Source: a virus (taxonomy: Duplodnaviria; Caudoviricetes). Taken from it: a stretch of 64,000 nt of DNA. The notes beneath the pieces are model-generated. The model saw only the letters and a program-made list of their open reading frames with translations. It was not told the origin of the DNA and made no database searches. Location: IMG/VR virus record IMGVR_UViG_3300032272_000008, positions 1 to 64,000 of that record; one strand, given 5' to 3'. Positions 62,084 to 64,000 of the stretch are shown in pieces (the stretch's first letter is position 1; every line of letters starts with the position of its first letter). Made by a program: the position numbers and the translations under genes.

Positions 62084-64000
62084 GTGGCACTCGAACTCCA
62101 AATTGGCACTGCAAAGGCCCAGGCGAACCTCGCGGCGATTGAAAAATCCGTGAAGAGTCTGGAAGCACGCATGAAAGGCTTCAAAGGCGGTAACGTCAAT
62201 GCAGCCATTGCGGGCATCAAGCCGATCCCTGGCACCGTCGCGGCCTCAGTAGGCAAGGTAGGTGCGGCCACCGACAAAGCGTCAGCTTCTGCTAAAAGAG
62301 CCACAGGTTCCTTCAAAGGCCTCAAGGGCGCTCTCGGCGGAGTTCGTAGCACTGCGGGCTTGCTGGCTGCCTCATTGAGCGCAGTAGGCATCACCAGCTT
62401 CGTTAAAGAAGCGTGGCAAATGAACAACGTGACGGACAGAGCCAAGGCCGTCTTCACAGATCTATCAGGTAGCGCCAAAGGCGCGGGCTCGCGTCTGGAA
62501 TTCGTGAAGAAAACAGCCGCCGCTACAGCCACACCGATCAAGACGGCGATCAACAGTTACACCACGCTCTCGCAGAGTGCCGTTAAAATGGGCATCTCAC
62601 AGGAAGATGTGGACAAAACATTCACTGACGTGGCCATCGCGTTCCGCTCGATCGGCTCAACTTCTGATCAAGCCAAGCGCGGCATGACCGCTGTCACGCA
62701 AGTCTTCTCCAAAGGCAAAGCGGGCGCGGAAGAGTTGCGTCAACAAATGGGTGAAATCGTTCCGATCATCCCAGCCATCGCACGTGCGTTGGACCGGACG
62801 CCTGCGCAGATTGAGAAAGCAATGTCATCCGGCACGCTGTCCGTTGAAGACTTCCGCAAAGGTATCGGCTTGCTGGCCAAAGAAGCTGGTCCGGTTCTCG
62901 AAATTATGATGGGCAAAGCCGCAGCGAAAGCCACGCTATTGTCCAACGCAGTTACGATCCTTGCGGGTAAGTTCGGTAACGCACTATTTACCGCGCTGAT
63001 CCCGGTTATGGAAACACTTACTGGCGTCTTTCAAGGCATGGCAGGTGAGGTAGGTAAAACTGCGACAACCGCTCAACAAGTTGGCCAAGCGCTTGCTGCG
63101 GTCGGAGGATATATTGCTTCTGCTATGCCTCTCATCATTGCCCTTGCTGCGGCCTTTGCTGCTTACGGTGCAACGCTCGCTGTCGCTGGGATAATCAATT
63201 GGGGCATCGCCGTTGTGAGCACAGTCACACAAGCCGTGGGCGTCATGGGTGGACTTGTCGCTTCAGGCGTTCGAGTAGCTGCTGCCATGGTAGGAATCGG
63301 CACAGCATCAACCGGAGCCGCCGCAGGCACAACTCTCTTGGCTACAGCAACCCGCATACTCGGTGCTGCGTTTGCTTTCGCCAAAGCAGCTTTCCTTCCA
63401 TTGCTCGCAGCGGTTGCAGCGGCAGGGGCAATCTATGCTGCCTACATGGTCGTGACCGGGCAGAGTGCAGAACTCTCCAAGCAGTTGGGCGAAGCTATCA
63501 TCTGGATTGGTGAGCAGCTGGGCTTTACACGCGCAGAAGTTGTTGGAGGCATACAAGCTCTCGGTAAATGGGTCAGTGCCGTCTCAAAAAGCAACGCGAT
63601 TACGCGTACTGCCGGTGCAGTGTATGACTACGTCAAGCAGAAACTCGCAGAAGCGCGTGAGATTATTCTTTCAACTGGCGTGGCAATGGGTGAAAAGCTC
63701 ACGTCTGCATTCAAAATAGCAGCTTCCGTTGTCCGTGGCGTGTCAGACACCATCGTAGGCGCAGTGTCAGGCATAATTTCAGTTGTAAATAGGGCGATCA
63801 GCGCGTTGCGAAGTCTTGCGGGCATGCAAACCGGTGGTGGTGGTGGAAGCGGTAGCGGTCCAGGCGCAGCACAAGGTGGTATCATCGGAGCCAACGGGGG
63901 CTTCAGTGGTCCTCAAGTCAGTCTCGCAGGTCACAACTTCAAAGGCGCACCACGCTTCGCGAACGGCGGCACAACCGGATCAACCGGCGTCGGTGGCATC
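62084..64000 (+). CDS. Tape measure protein, 3'-truncated by window (absent from ORF track)
   Basis: GTG start MALELQIG...; Q.FSKGK..AEELRQQMGE tape-measure domain; Ala/Gly-rich; read as open to the window end. Confidence 0.88.
   Translation, partial: MALELQIGTAKAQANLAAIEKSVKSLEARMKGFKGGNVNAAIAGIKPIPGTVAASVGKVGAATDKASASAKRATGSFKGLKGALGGVRSTAGLLAASLSAVGITSFVKEAWQMNNVTDRAKAVFTDLSGSAKGAGSRLEFVKKTAAATATPIKTAINSYTTLSQSAVKMGISQEDVDKTFTDVAIAFRSIGSTSDQAKRGMTAVTQVFSKGKAGAEELRQQMGEIVPIIPAIARALDRTPAQIEKAMSSGTLSVEDFRKGIGLLAKEAGPVLEIMMGKAAAKATLLSNAVTILAGKFGNALFTALIPVMETLTGVFQGMAGEVGKTATTAQQVGQALAAVGGYIASAMPLIIALAAAFAAYGATLAVAGIINWGIAVVSTVTQAVGVMGGLVASGVRVAAAMVGIGTASTGAAAGTTLLATATRILGAAFAFAKAAFLPLLAAVAAAGAIYAAYMVVTGQSAELSKQLGEAIIWIGEQLGFTRAEVVGGIQALGKWVSAVSKSNAITRTAGAVYDYVKQKLAEAREIILSTGVAMGEKLTSAFKIAASVVRGVSDTIVGAVSGIISVVNRAISALRSLAGMQTGGGGGSGSGPGAAQGGIIGANGGFSGPQVSLAGHNFKGAPRFANGGTTGSTGVGGI

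Noticed and set aside
1-64000. Lysogeny module or host-defence island
   Set aside because: No integrase, CI/Cro pair, ParA, restriction-modification or toxin-antitoxin genes recognised; the rest of the genome is not visible.

Overview
A 64 kb segment of a tailed dsDNA phage, most likely a siphovirus of Alphaproteobacteria. Host evidence is a permuted two-piece tmRNA, TTAA-N7-TTAA CtrA boxes and a GTA-type DUF2163/BR0599 tail-hub gene. Left part (mostly minus strand): class II ribonucleotide reductase (partial, +), tail hub, spanins and amidase endolysin, then a replication block (dATP/dGTP diphosphohydrolase-like, SSB-like, Cas4-like nuclease, RecD/Dda helicase, T7-type family A DNA polymerase, T5 A1-like phosphoesterase, SNF2 helicase) and rIIA/rIIB. 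Middle: tail-fibre-like pair, holin, HslV-like protease, primase-helicase next to an AT-rich, iteron-like origin candidate, RuvC-like resolvase, terS/terL, and an A/T-richer island of small genes with CtrA boxes that ends in a repeat-rich non-coding tract. Right part (+): portal, dut, tmRNA, thyX, scaffold, major capsid, neck, tail tube, frameshifted chaperone and tape measure (partial). No integrase, repressor, CRISPR array or standalone tRNA was recognised. Most notable: (i) a circularly permuted tmRNA with tag ANDNEALLLAA and a 170-nt structured intervening sequence, which with a stand-alone GGQ release-factor-domain protein suggests a phage ribosome-rescue kit; (ii) a CtrA-box array upstream of a GP88-led island; (iii) one ACACCGT motif clustered at two distant non-coding loci; (iv) a motif-less ThyX paralogue and the GGQ gene, each flanked by short direct repeats. 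All family names come from motif recognition, not database searches.
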